From the NCBI RefSeq assembly GCF_963921235.1, contig NC_086108.1:40302001-40366000 (forward strand): a DNA stretch of 64,000 nt. Reading direction: 5' to 3'. Numbering within the stretch: the first letter of the stretch is position 1; every line of letters starts with the position of its first letter. This stretch comes from Mobula hypostoma (lineage: Eukaryota). Under the pieces are notes generated by a model. That model made no database searches. It saw nothing but the letters and a program-made list of their open reading frames with translations, and was not told where the DNA came from. Of the stretch, positions 29,601-42,335 are shown piece by piece. The position numbers were made by a program, and so were the translations under genes.

Positions 29601-32600
29601 TGTCGATAAAATGCTTGGACGTGCAATTGTATTATATCTTGTTTCTCCATTAGATCATAGCCTCTGTCCACATTTCAACCAAATAATTACTGTTATTATT
29701 TTCAATAGGCTTGCTTGTATAAAAACTGGCCTTTCTACATGGAACAGAATGCATTTGATGGTTCTGAGCTGTCATATTACTATTTCATTTCAGGTTATAT
29801 AGCTTTAGTTAGTTTTGGTCTTCCAGCCAATCACTTCATAAGGCGATTGGTGTAAGCCATTCTTTAACAGTTTATAGCAAAACTAATTGTTGGGAAGTGT
29901 ATGGTCATGCACTTTGGTAGAAGAAATAAAAGCATAGACTATTTTGTAAATGGACAGAAGATTCAAAGATCCAAGGTGCAAATGGTCCTGGATATCCTCA
30001 TGCAGGATTCCCTAAAGGTAAACTTGCAGATTGAGCTATAGATGAGGAATGCAAATTTAATGTTAGCATTTGTTTTGAGAGGATTAGAATATAAAAGCAA
30101 GAATGTACTGCTGAGGTTTATAACACATTGGTCAGACGACACTTGTGGTATTGTGAGCAACATTGGACCCCTTATCTAAGAAAGGATGTGCTTACATTGG
30201 AGAGGGTTCAGAGGAGGTTCACCAGAATGATTTTGAGAATGAAAGGGTTATCATATAAGCAGTGTTTCATGGCTCTGTGACTGTACTCACTGAAATTTAG
30301 AAGAATGACGGGGGGTCTCATTGAACTCTCTCAAGATTCTAAGGCCTACATAGAGCAGATGTAGAGAGGGTGTTTCCTGTAGTAGGTGTAGTCTTGAAGC
30401 AAATGGTACAGCCTCAGAAGAGAGTGACATTCATTTAGAATGGAGATGAGGAAGAATTTCTTCATCCATATGGTAATGAATCTGTAGAACTCGTTGCCAC
30501 TAGCAGATGTGGAGACCCAGGCATTGGGTGCATTTAAGGTCGAGATTGATAGGTTCTTGATTGGTCAAGCCATAAAGATTGCAGATAGAAGGCGAGAGAT
30601 TGGGGCCAAGAGAGAAATGGATCAGCCATGATGAAATGGCGGAGCAGACTCGATAGGCCAAATGATTTAATTCTGCTCCTATATCTTATGGTCTTATGAA
30701 ATGTCAGAGCAGGTTTCATGGGCTGAATAGCCTAATTCCGCTCCTATCCCTTATTGCAAGTTGACAACACTTCCTGCACCCATGGCAGTTCAGAATCGAA
30801 GATGTACTCTGGTGTCCCAGGTTGTGTAGAGTACGCATTTCATGGGACTGTGTATTTTTAATGATATTTCCATTTGTGGCATGTATTTTCACTCACTGTT
30901 TTCTTTATCCCGCAGATCACTCTTCACTCACATACACCAGCACGGCTTCATCAGTAACCACAACTAGTGCAAGTATGTCCATGAATAGTTCTAACTCTGA
31001 CATCAGTATTTCTGTGCAACACAAAATTCTGGAGGAAATCAGCAGGTCAGGCAGCATCTATGGGATTGAATGGACAGTCGAGGTTTCGGGTGGAAACCCT
31101 TCTTCCAGCATTTTATATGTGTCGCTCTGGACTTCCAGCATCTGCAGAATCTCTTGTGTTTATCAGTACTGACGTCCGGTTTCTGCTAACAAATTTGCAT
31201 GCACTCTTCAATGAATTTACTTCACCTCTAACCTTTTTATACAGCCTCTTTGTTGTTTTGATAATGTTTGCATCTCTATTTACCACATGACTGGAACGTC
31301 CTCTACATCCATTAAGAATTACGGCATTGGATTCAAAAAAACTAATTCTTGGAAATTATTTTAAATGCATTTCAAGGTTTGCTGGATTGAATTATCCTGA
31401 TGCTATATTCATTGTAAATGATTGATTATATAATGTTTATAAGTATACTTCTGGTACGCATCATTACTCCTGGGTTAGATTACTCTTCATTTACATCCTG
31501 CTCAATGGCTCCATCAGCAATGACCTTCATTAAGCTTCATTTCTATTTACGGAAACACATCATCTTCTTGTTTTGGTACCACAAGGTATACATCCTGTAG
31601 TGTACTGAGGCGGATGTGTTAGGGTCTGAGGGGCCTGTTTCATCTCACTAAGTTGTAACCAGTTGATTCTCACAATGTTCTATTGGTCTTACTCTTGCAG
31701 ACTTTCTCCATTTGTATCTTCTTACCTCAAGGTAGTCTGGTGGAAAGACACCTTATGTATTCAGGGCTTGTCCTTTCACCTCTGCCCTTCCTGACATCCT
31801 GAGACACCCATAGTGTGCCATAGATATCCTAAAAGTATTTTGATGAATAGTGCATTGGTTCGGCAATGAAAGCATTTCTGCTCACATCTATTTCCAGAGC
31901 ATAAGCCTGAGGAAAAATAAATGGAAATCCGTTGTGCTGGTCTCCATTCTGTTTGGATTTGTCAGTGATTGTTGATAAAATGCTTGTACATGCAATTGTA
32001 ATATATCTTGCTGCTCATGGTTTAGTTTCTCCATTAAATCACAGCCTTTATCCCCAATCCAACCAGAATAAGTTACAGTCATTATTTTCAAATGCTTGCT
32101 TGCATGAAATTTCACCTTTCTGCATGGTACACAGCATGCATTTGATGGGTCTGAGTCATCATTTAAATATTTCATTACAGGTTATGTAGCTTAGTTTTGG
32201 TCTTCCAGCCGGTCACTCAGACAACTGTTCGTAAAGAGATTGGTGTAAGCCATTCTTTAACAGTTTATAGCAAAGTTCATTGTTGGGAAGTGTATGGTCA
32301 TGCACTTCGGTAGAAGAAATAAAGGCATAGGCTATTTTGTAGATGGACAGAAGATTCAAAGATCCAAGACGCAAATGGTCGTGGGTGTCCTCGTGTAGGA
32401 TTCTCTCTTGCAGATTGAGTCAGTGGTGAGGAATGCAAATGCAATGTTGGCATTTATTTTGAGAGGATTAGAATATAAAAGCAATGTAAGAATGCTGCGG
32501 CTTTGTAAGGTATTGGTCAGACAACAACTGGAGTATTGTGAGCAACTTTGGAACCCTTATCTAAGAAAGGATGTGCTGGCACTGGAGAGGGTGCAGAGGA

Positions 32601-35600
32601 GATTCATGAGAATGACTTTGAAAATGAAAGGGTTATTATATGAGGAGTGTTTCATGGCTCTGTGATGATACTCACTGAAATTCAGAAGAATTGGGAGGGT
32701 GGTATCATTGAATCTGATCAAATTTTGAATGGCCACATAAAGTACATGTAGAGAGGATGTTTCCCATAGCGGTGGAGTCTAGAAGCAAGGGGTACAGCCT
32801 CAGAAGAGAGAAACATTCATTTAGGATAGAGACGGGGAGGAATTTCTTCAGCCAGTTGATGGTGAATCTGTGGAATTCATTGCCACAGCTGTGGAGGCCA
32901 TGTCACTGGGTGTATTTAAGGCTGAGTTTGATAGGTTCCTCATTAGTCAAGCCATAAAGATTACATGTAGAAAGCATGAGATTGGGGCTGAAACAGAAAA
33001 AGATCAGCCATGATGTAATGGGAGCGCAGACTTGAATCGCCAAATGACTTAATTTTGCTCCTATATCTTATCGTCTTATGAAGTGTTGGAGCAGACTTGA
33101 TGGGCAGAATAGCCTTATTCTGGTCCTATTTCTTGTTGCCTTATAGTCTTAGGCTGTATGGCATGCACTATTCTTCCCACATTTTTTCTTCAGACAGATC
33201 ACTCAGCACTCATAGCCACTTGCTCGGCTTCTTCATCAGTGAACACTGCATTATCAAATGGTTCAGTATGTCAACAGTGATAACCCAGTCTTATATATTT
33301 AAAGCAATATGTTAACAAATCGCATGCCTAAAATCCATTGACAGCATCTGACATTAATTTAAAGGTAGCTAATTTAGTCTATTTCCATACGACTCTCTCT
33401 ATGCAGACAAGTTTAGTTAAATCCTGTTGATAACCATTTGGATGGCGAATAGTGTATGGCATTCCATCTCAGTTCAGAGTGAAGCTGAGGATGTGGTTTC
33501 TATCAGTTTGGATGTTGCATGCGTCTCCTCACATTTCTGATCTTCCAACAGCTCACTCATCACTCACACTCACCAGCACGGCTTCTTCAGCAGTGAATAC
33601 TTCATCAGTATCAGTATCAGTATCAATATCAGTAAAAGCCACGGAAGCTACTAATATTGGCAAGTTCTCTCCATGCAATTTAGGAATTTTGACTGCCCTG
33701 TACTAATTGTAATGAAAATATGCCATTAATATTACGTAATTAAAATGTTCCTATATTAACCTCACCATTTCCACTCCTCCCTTATGTTTTTATGTTGCTC
33801 ATAACTTTGCCGATAAATGTGCACTTCAATTTCCCTTGACAGTCTCACTCCCAGCATTCTTTTTTTCCTTCTCATCAGGTCACCTTCCTCACTGATTGCC
33901 TTTCTAACATCTCTTCTTACATCTATGGTTGTTATTAACCCATTATTGTCATCTCTCCATTTTTTTTACCCTCCCCCCAGTTCCGTCATAAAGTCTATAA
34001 CCATCTGTGTTGTTCTTGATTGCCATACTTCCACAGGTATATCAGAGCCTTCACTTATCTGCCTCATGCTTCTTACAACATTAAATATTTGCTATCCCAT
34101 TTTGGTCATTTTAAATTCCTTACCAGGCTCTTACTAATTTTCATGATAACATTTTCATGCCTGCTTTCTCCCTTCTCAGCATCTGTTCAGTATCTCCTTC
34201 TCTTACAAACTTATGTAAATAGTTTCCAATAACATCAGAAAATTTGTGAAGATTTTGATCCCAACCTACCGAGATGCAACCCATTTGGCATATATCTGTT
34301 TCAACTTCCCTAGACTGTTCCCAATATCTCAATATCCGAATAGTGTAATGCTCACTTTCCTGCAGCATCTCTCCCACCATTCATTCATCTGTACAATGTT
34401 TCTATTTCTGTACTCACTTGTCTACACTATTGTGATGAATCCAATGATATCAATGTTTGAGGTCCTGCTCATAATCTCTTTTTTATTGTATATCTGCATG
34501 ACTTTGTCCTATTTTCTATCTATACTGAATGCACTGATATGGGTCTTGACTCCTGGCTGTCAGCTGCTCTGTAATACCATCACGTTGGTGCCAAGGAGGA
34601 AACATGCTGTTTGGAATCATGTCCATCTACCACAACTATCTTGTCGAGCTATTGAAGCCTTGTCCATTCCCCTCCTTTTATTTGGAGTCAAGCTGCTCAA
34701 GGCACTATTTTCATGGCTCTGGCCTCACTTTGCAGGAAAATCTATTGTCCCATTAGTATTCAGAATGGAGTATGATTCGGGCTATGGGTGCCCTTAAAGG
34801 ACCCCCTAACCTACCTGCCTATTCAACTTTGCTTATCTAGCGATCACCCACTCCATTTCTTGCTGCTTTTTCTTGAACTACAGGGTAGCCACATCCTGAA
34901 ATGTGGCCACCAAGGAATGTTCCATGCTAATCTCAGAGCCTGAGCTAACCCAGGGTTGACAACACTTCCTGCACCTGTGGCAGTTCAGAATCCAAGAAGT
35001 ACTCTGGTGTCCCAGGTGGTGTACGGCACACATTTCATGGGACTGGGCATTTTTAATGATATTTCCTTTAGTGGCATGTATTTTCACTCACTGTTTTCTT
35101 TATCTCGCAGATCACTCTTCACCCACGTACTCCAGCATGGCTTCAACAGTAATTACAGCTAGTCCAAGTATGTTCATGAATAGTTCTAACTCTACCATCA
35201 GTATTTCTGCGCAACACACACAAAATGCTGGAGGAACTCAGCAGGTCAGGCAGCATCTATGGGAGTTAATGGACAGTCAACGTTTTGGTTGGAAATCCTT
35301 CTTCCAGCATTTTATATGTGTCGCTCTGGACTTACAGCATCTGCAGAATATCTTGTGTTTATCAGTACTGATGTCCGGTTTTTGCTACCAATTTTGCATG
35401 CACTCCTCAATGAATTTACATCACCTTTAACATTGTTATACAGCCCCTTCATTGTTTTGATAATGTTTGCAACTCTATTTACCACATGACTAGAATGTCC
35501 TCTACATCCTTTGAGAATCACAGCATTGAAGAGGTGATTCAAAAAACTAATTCTTTTTAGGCTAAATTGGCACTTGAGAATTGTTTTTAATAAATTTCAA

Positions 35601-38600
35601 GGTTTGCCAGATTGAATTATACTCTTCATTTATATCCTGCTCAATGGCTCCATCAGCAATTACTTTCATTAACCTTCATTTATATTTACAGAAACACATC
35701 GTCTTGTTTTGTTACCACAAGTATTAACTCAGATGCGTTGGGGACTGAGGGGCTTGTTTCATCTCATTAAGTTGTAATCAGTTTTTGGTCACAGTGTTCA
35801 ATTGGTCTTACGCTTGTAGACTTTATTTGTATCTTCTTACCAAACATGGGCAATTGAAGTTATTACCTCGAAGTACCGAGGTGGAAAGATACCTTGTGCC
35901 AAGTAGCAGTCACTGATTACAGTGTAGGAGAAAAGGATAAGTAAATTATTATGGCCAGCACCACCAGAAAATAGATTACTGGTTCTTCCCCTTGCCTGCC
36001 AGGATAGATAATTATTGCCACGTAACAACTTTTGATAGCAATTACTAACAAATATCCTTAACATGCCATAATGCTGTGAACCGGAGAAGAACAAAATTGT
36101 TTGAAAGACAACTAACATATCCAATTTCAAAACCAGAAAGTTAATCTTTGAGAAGCATGTTTAGCCAGCTAATTAAGAACATCCAATTGTGGCTTATATG
36201 TCGGAAAAAGACACTTTACCATTCAATTACCCAAAAAAATTGAAAAATCATGAAATTCAAAAATTGTGAAGGAGTAAAGAGCCTTGGGTTCAATGAACAC
36301 CTTGTCTTGTTATTCTTTGTTTTAAATTAAGATATGTCAAGACTTTAGTAATTTCGTTTTTGAAGCAAACTTTATCTAAGTTGGAAAAATGTTCATTAGA
36401 AACAGAAAATCTGATGTTCAACTCATTAGAAGCAAACACTGAAGAGGGCAATCCCTGACAAATCAAATTTGGGTAGGAAATGGACAAAATCCAACTCTTA
36501 CCTTAGCAGGCCTCTCCTTCACATCACAATAAATATCCAGGTTTCTAATGGAGAAATGTATGGCATATCATCCTATCAGAAAATTGTTAGGTTTTGAGAA
36601 TGCCTGTCTATTTTTATGTCATTGATGCATTTATTAACACCAACCATTATTATCTGGCTCTTCCAACAGATTTCACATCACTCAGCAGTTCTGGCACCAG
36701 CGCAAAAGCAGCAACTACTCAGTTCTCAGAAAACTCAACAGGCACGCTCTACTTTCATATTTGGTTACTGAACTGGGTACTTCTCCCACAGAACCAATAA
36801 CGCAGCACCTGACTGGCACCAAATGAGCAATCACATCAAGGACCTGCACTTTTCTATAGCAATGTCATCGCAGTTAAACATCTCATGGCATTTGACAGGA
36901 GACAAAAAATGTTGAAGATATTAAGGGCATTTTCAGTGAAGTGATCACTATTTTGCTCACGAGAGTAGTATGGAACTAAGAAAGGACAAATGCAGAGAGC
37001 TTAAGGGAAAGGATTCCAGACTTTTGGCAGCTGAACTTGTAGCAACAGAAATGGAGAATGAATGAACTGAAGATGAAGAGCAGAGTATTCAAGAATAGGG
37101 TGGGGTGGACAGTTGAAGAGAAAATGAATCGGGAACAAATTTTAACCTAAGAGCTTATGTAAGTCTTGGAGGAGCTATGAGATGTGTGAATGAGGCTAAA
37201 TCCCTGTTAAAATGTGACTATCAGAATAAAGAATCCTTAGAGTTGTGGAGATCAGAAGACAGGTTGCTTATCAGCAACAAATCAAAATGGTCAATTATAG
37301 GGTGGCATAGCTATGAAAGATGGCTTCAGCAAAAAATGAGATGAGGCAGGGAAGAAAATGTTAAGATGTAGGCTATTTTAGTAATAAGTTAAATATGGAC
37401 TTCTAAAGACTTCCTAGATTTAAATTGAACATCAAGGTTGTGAATGGTTTGGAAGCGGAATGGACTGCATGACTAGGAAATGAAATTTCAAATTCATTGA
37501 CCAATTTCAATGGTTTTGGACTTCCCAATACTTGGAAGAAAGTTCTGCCCACCAGCTCTGGATGATGGACAGGCAGCCATTTTATTTCCATACTGCACTT
37601 ATCAATGATTTTTCATGTTTATAAATGTTCTCTTCTTTTCACTACAGGAAATTAGGGCTAGCTTGATTCATTGTTATAAAAATAGAATATTGGTATTACT
37701 TTGCCTATATCTCAATGTTTCTGGTATAATGTGACATAGATATTTTATGGTGAAAGTTATACTGATTCTATTGCTTGAAAAGAAAGGTTCTTGGTACAAA
37801 ATGGACGTCTTTAATCTATTACTGTAAAAGAACTGCTGACTTCTAATGACTTGAAACTAGATTAACAAAACACCACTCCATTCAATCCATTCATAGCATC
37901 AACAGCAATTTTCCTGCAATACCACAACATACCTAACTGGGGTTACAGGAACTCCTGGTATCTTTGTTAATAGATTTATCAAAGTTGAAGTTTAGTTTTG
38001 GTCACCTACCTACAGGAAAGATGTGAACAAGTTTGAAAGAGAACAGAGAAAATTTACAAGGATATTGCCAGGTCTGGAGGACCTGAGTTATAAGGAAAGA
38101 TTGAAAAAATCTGGACTGTATTTCTTAGTATGTAGAAGATTGAGGGGAGATTTGATAGAGGTATACAAAATTATGAGGGGTACAGATAGAATAAATGCAA
38201 GCAGACATTTTCCACTGAGGTAGGATGAGACTACAACCAGAGGTCATGGGTTAAGGGAGAAAGATTTAAGGGGAACATGAAGGGAAAATTCAATCAGAGG
38301 GTGATCAGAGTGTAGAATGAGCTGCCAGCACAAGTGGTGCATGTAAACTCGATTTCAGTTTCAATGGTTTTGGCATGGACTAGATGGGATGAAGGGCCTG
38401 TTTCTGTACTGTGCTTCTCTAAGACTCCTTTACTTATAATCAGATTATATTTCAAAATACAATGTTCTTCAAATTTAAGGCTTATGGTAGGTAGCTTAAA
38501 TTTTGATCTGATGCCTAGATGCAGGAATTTTTAGTGGCTTATCTGACAATTTGAGTTACCAAGGGAACCTGCGATAAAATGCGAGTGGTCTGTAGAGGTA

Positions 38601-41600
38601 CGAATCCTGATTTTAAATTAGTTTATGTCCTAATGGGTGGAGATTTCCAGCAAAATATGTTGAGATGCATTCAAGTATTCCAAACCTGCTGGAGGCAATA
38701 TTTGCCTTTAAGCTTCATTCACAATCCTGTGGATGTTTAGATGTCTACAAACCTTGATGATGCCAGCCTATGATGAAGCTGAATCAGGTTATGTAAGCAT
38801 GGGAAGCAAATCAAGTGGAGCTTATTGTCATGTGAACAAATATGGTGAGGTACAGGTTCAATGACAGAAGTGTGTGGACCACTGGAAAATGACACTGGAA
38901 TGGTAGTGATGGGGGGTGGAGGTCAAAGAAACAGAGAATGAAACTTTTAAGTATTTTGCTGTCAGCCTTCACTGTGGAATACCCTAGCAGAATGCAGATT
39001 TGCAAAGGTGTCGGGGGTAGAAGTGAATCCCATTACTATTAACAAGGAGAAGGTGCTGGGAAACTGAAAGGTCTGAAGGTAGACAAATCACCTGAATGAG
39101 ATGGACTACATCCTAGGGTTCTGAAAGAGGAAGCTGAAGTGCTTGTGGGGACATTAGTAATGATCTTTCAGGAATCAGCAGATTCTGGAATGGTTCCAAG
39201 GACTGGAAAATTGCAAATGTCACTCCACTCGTTAAGAAGGGAGGGAGCCAGAAAAAAGGAAATTATAGGCTAGTTATTAAGGATGAGGTTTCAGGATACA
39301 TGGAGAAAATCTTGTCTGATTAATTTGTTGGAATTCTTTGAGGAAATAACAGGCAGGATAGACAAAGTAAAGTGAGTGAATGTTGTTTATTTGGACTTGG
39401 GAGTTCTTGTGCAGGATCCCTAAAAGTTAATTTGCAGGGTGAGTCAGTCGTAAGGAAAGCAAATGCAATATTAACATTCATTTTGAGAGGACTAAGATAC
39501 AAAAACAAGGATGTAATGCTGAAACTTTATAAGGTATTGGTCAGACCACATTTGGAGTATTGTGAGCAGTTTTGGGCCCCATATCTAACAAAAGATGTGC
39601 TGGCCTTGGAGAGGGTCCAGAGAAGGTTCATGAGAATGATCCCAGAAATGAAAAGGTTAACACATGAGCAATTGGTTTCTCTGGGACTGTACTCACTGGA
39701 GTTTAGAAGAATGAGAGGGATTTAATTGAAACCTACTGAATATTCAATATCGTGGACGTGGAGTGGATGTTTCCTATAGTTGGAAACTCTAGGACCAGAG
39801 AGCACAGCCTCAGAACTGAGGGATGTCCATTTAAAACAGAGATAAGTAAAAATTTATTTCGGCTGACGGTGGTGAGTCTGTGGGATTCATTGCCGCAGAC
39901 AGCTGTGCAGGCCAGTTCACTGAGCGTGTTTAAGGCCGAGGTTCATTGGTTCTTGATTAATCAGTGCATCAAAGTCTACAGGGAAAACGCAGGGAGAAAA
40001 GAGTTGAGAGGGATAATAAATCAGCTATGATGGAATAGCAGAGCAGACTCAATAGGCTGAGTGGCTTAATTCTGCTGCTATGTTTTATGGTCTTATGACT
40101 GCAGTTTGTCAAATCCACAAAACTCACCATTGCCATGTGACTCCCCCAAAACCAACTCCACCAGGACGTCAGGCACATGAAAAGAACATCACCTGTAAAT
40201 TCTCTTCTGAATCACATATCTGACTTGGAAGTATCTTCACTTCTTTTGACATTGCTGGTTCTACATCATGCAATTTCCAATACACAGTTCTGTGGGTATT
40301 GTCCTCGAGGACAGCATGAATTCAAGATTGTGCTTCTGAAGCACCTTCACAAGTGCAAGTACAGATTAGCACAAAACCCTGGCCTTGCCAATGATAACCA
40401 CATTCTAAGAAATTAAATCACATCAAGATGCCCTGGGATTTCAATAAATGAATCACTGGCTGTAGGATATCCATCTAAATACAGTATTAATGGAGTTAGC
40501 CCAGTTAAGTTTAGTCAATAGCCACCACTAAGATCTTGTCGATAGAGGATTCAACAATAGCAATACCTGTGAACATCAACTATTTGTATAGCCACCTATA
40601 GGTGTTTGTTTAAACCTGGGAGTATTGAATTTTGAGGATGATGTGAATTGTTACTTTATTGATGGTGAAGGATAAAAATTGTTTTGATAGATATGGAGCC
40701 ATAACTTACATAAATATTTAAAGTATAATATCATCCAGAGATTTTACCAAGATCCAGATAAGAGGAAGCTATAAGACAAAGTACACGTTTTCTATTGCTG
40801 TATAGTAATGCTGTTGTCATTGGAGATAGTCAGAATCTAAGAGGCTAAACCGATACTTGTTACTTATTTAGTTATAAATTACCCTTTTTTCCTTATAATG
40901 TGATTGTTTTTGAGCAAACTGGTTCTAATCTAATTTTAGGTTTGAAAGTAAAGTTTTCCCTTTCTCTGGTACCGAGCTAAACTTTTTCAGTCAGGCAATC
41001 ATGTTTGAAGGCTCCACTTTATTACATGATCGCCATCCAAGCACGTTGCTAAATGATAGCTGGTATGAAATATATTTTCTTCAGATATGTGCATATTCAC
41101 TTAACTGCTTTGATCTTTCTGCAGGCACAAGTAACACCACAACCACAGACTCCAACATAACAGAGCCTACTGCATCCACTCTCAGCACAGCAGTCCAAAG
41201 TACGTTATAGAAGAGCCATTTTGCATTTGACACGGCACTTAATGAACAAACAGACTTTGCATTTGCACTCCTAGTGCCATTGTTGAATGCAGAGTGTTTC
41301 ATTTGTTAACTGTGTTTGTGCCCGCAAACAACACAAACGTTATGATTCCTGAAGTCCTGACAAAAAAGGTCAGACATAAGACTCAGGCTTGAATTGTTAG
41401 AAAAAAGCATTCACCGAAAAAGTCATGAGCATTTTCCCTCTGTTCTGTTGCCACCTTTGATGGTTTCTTTAAATGAGAGGGTGATTGGATTTTGAGGAGG
41501 AAGTGTGTCACCGGAAATGATCCAAATTTGCATTGATTTGGACAAATCCAGCAAAATTTTGGTCTGTAATATAGTAAAAATTCCAGTAGCTCAAGAATAT

Positions 41601-42303
41601 TCTACCTTCAAACTTACTGCAGTTACTATTCTGTAAACTTGGCCCATATGAAAGAAATGCAATGTGTTTGTATTTAAACTGCCAAATGTAGATGATGTAC
41701 TTAAATTTGAAAGCTAATTCAATTTTGTAACATATTGTAATCCATTTTAAATTTCAGCTTCTGGTGCTAATACTACGAATTGCAGTAAGAAAAATTTTTA
41801 TTATTTCTGAACAAAGAAAATGTGGATTAGTTTAAGTGGAATCTATTAAGTATGATTATAAAACTTAATTTATTTGCAGTGGTTACACTATATTTTGGCA
41901 CATCATATTTTGTCCTTTCCTCGCTATAAACTGACAACCTCATTTTTATTACCTAAACAAATTTGTGAAAACTATAATTAATGTACAAACGTCTAAGATA
42001 TAATTTCAGATGTACTGCTCCCAGATTTGGAAAAGAGAGGTCATTAACAACAGCCTCATCCAAAGTTTTCATATTGGAAATGGTGGCCTCTTATGCTCCA
42101 TAAATCAGTAGGGATATTGTTGAGTTACCGGTCTATCGGTTAGACTTCTTGAAAATATCTCTGAAATCTCACTATAGAAAATCTGGGTGTTTTTAACTTG
42201 ACTAATTAAATGTAAAATCTGAGAGGGATGGGCTCCGCCAGGTTTCAGATGCCCAAGTCACACCGTATGATGAGCAACACACACACACACACACACGCAC
42301 ACA

Positions 42304-42335
<32 letters not shown>

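Larger units (their letters stand above)
20360..35900 (+). repeat. Younger tandem segmental array, five units of ~2.0-4.2 kb carrying type A/B/C/D exons, a short repeat and a CR1 fragment
   Basis: Type A exons at 20983, 25159, 28913, 30916, 35111 (spacings 4176, 3754, 2003, 4195) with highly similar introns. Confidence 0.92.

Noticed and set aside
34246..34797. 183-aa hydrophobic ORF (and 23852-24232, 24442-24702)
   Set aside because: Paralogous copies in the other units are interrupted by stops and frameshifts; this is T-rich intron sequence.
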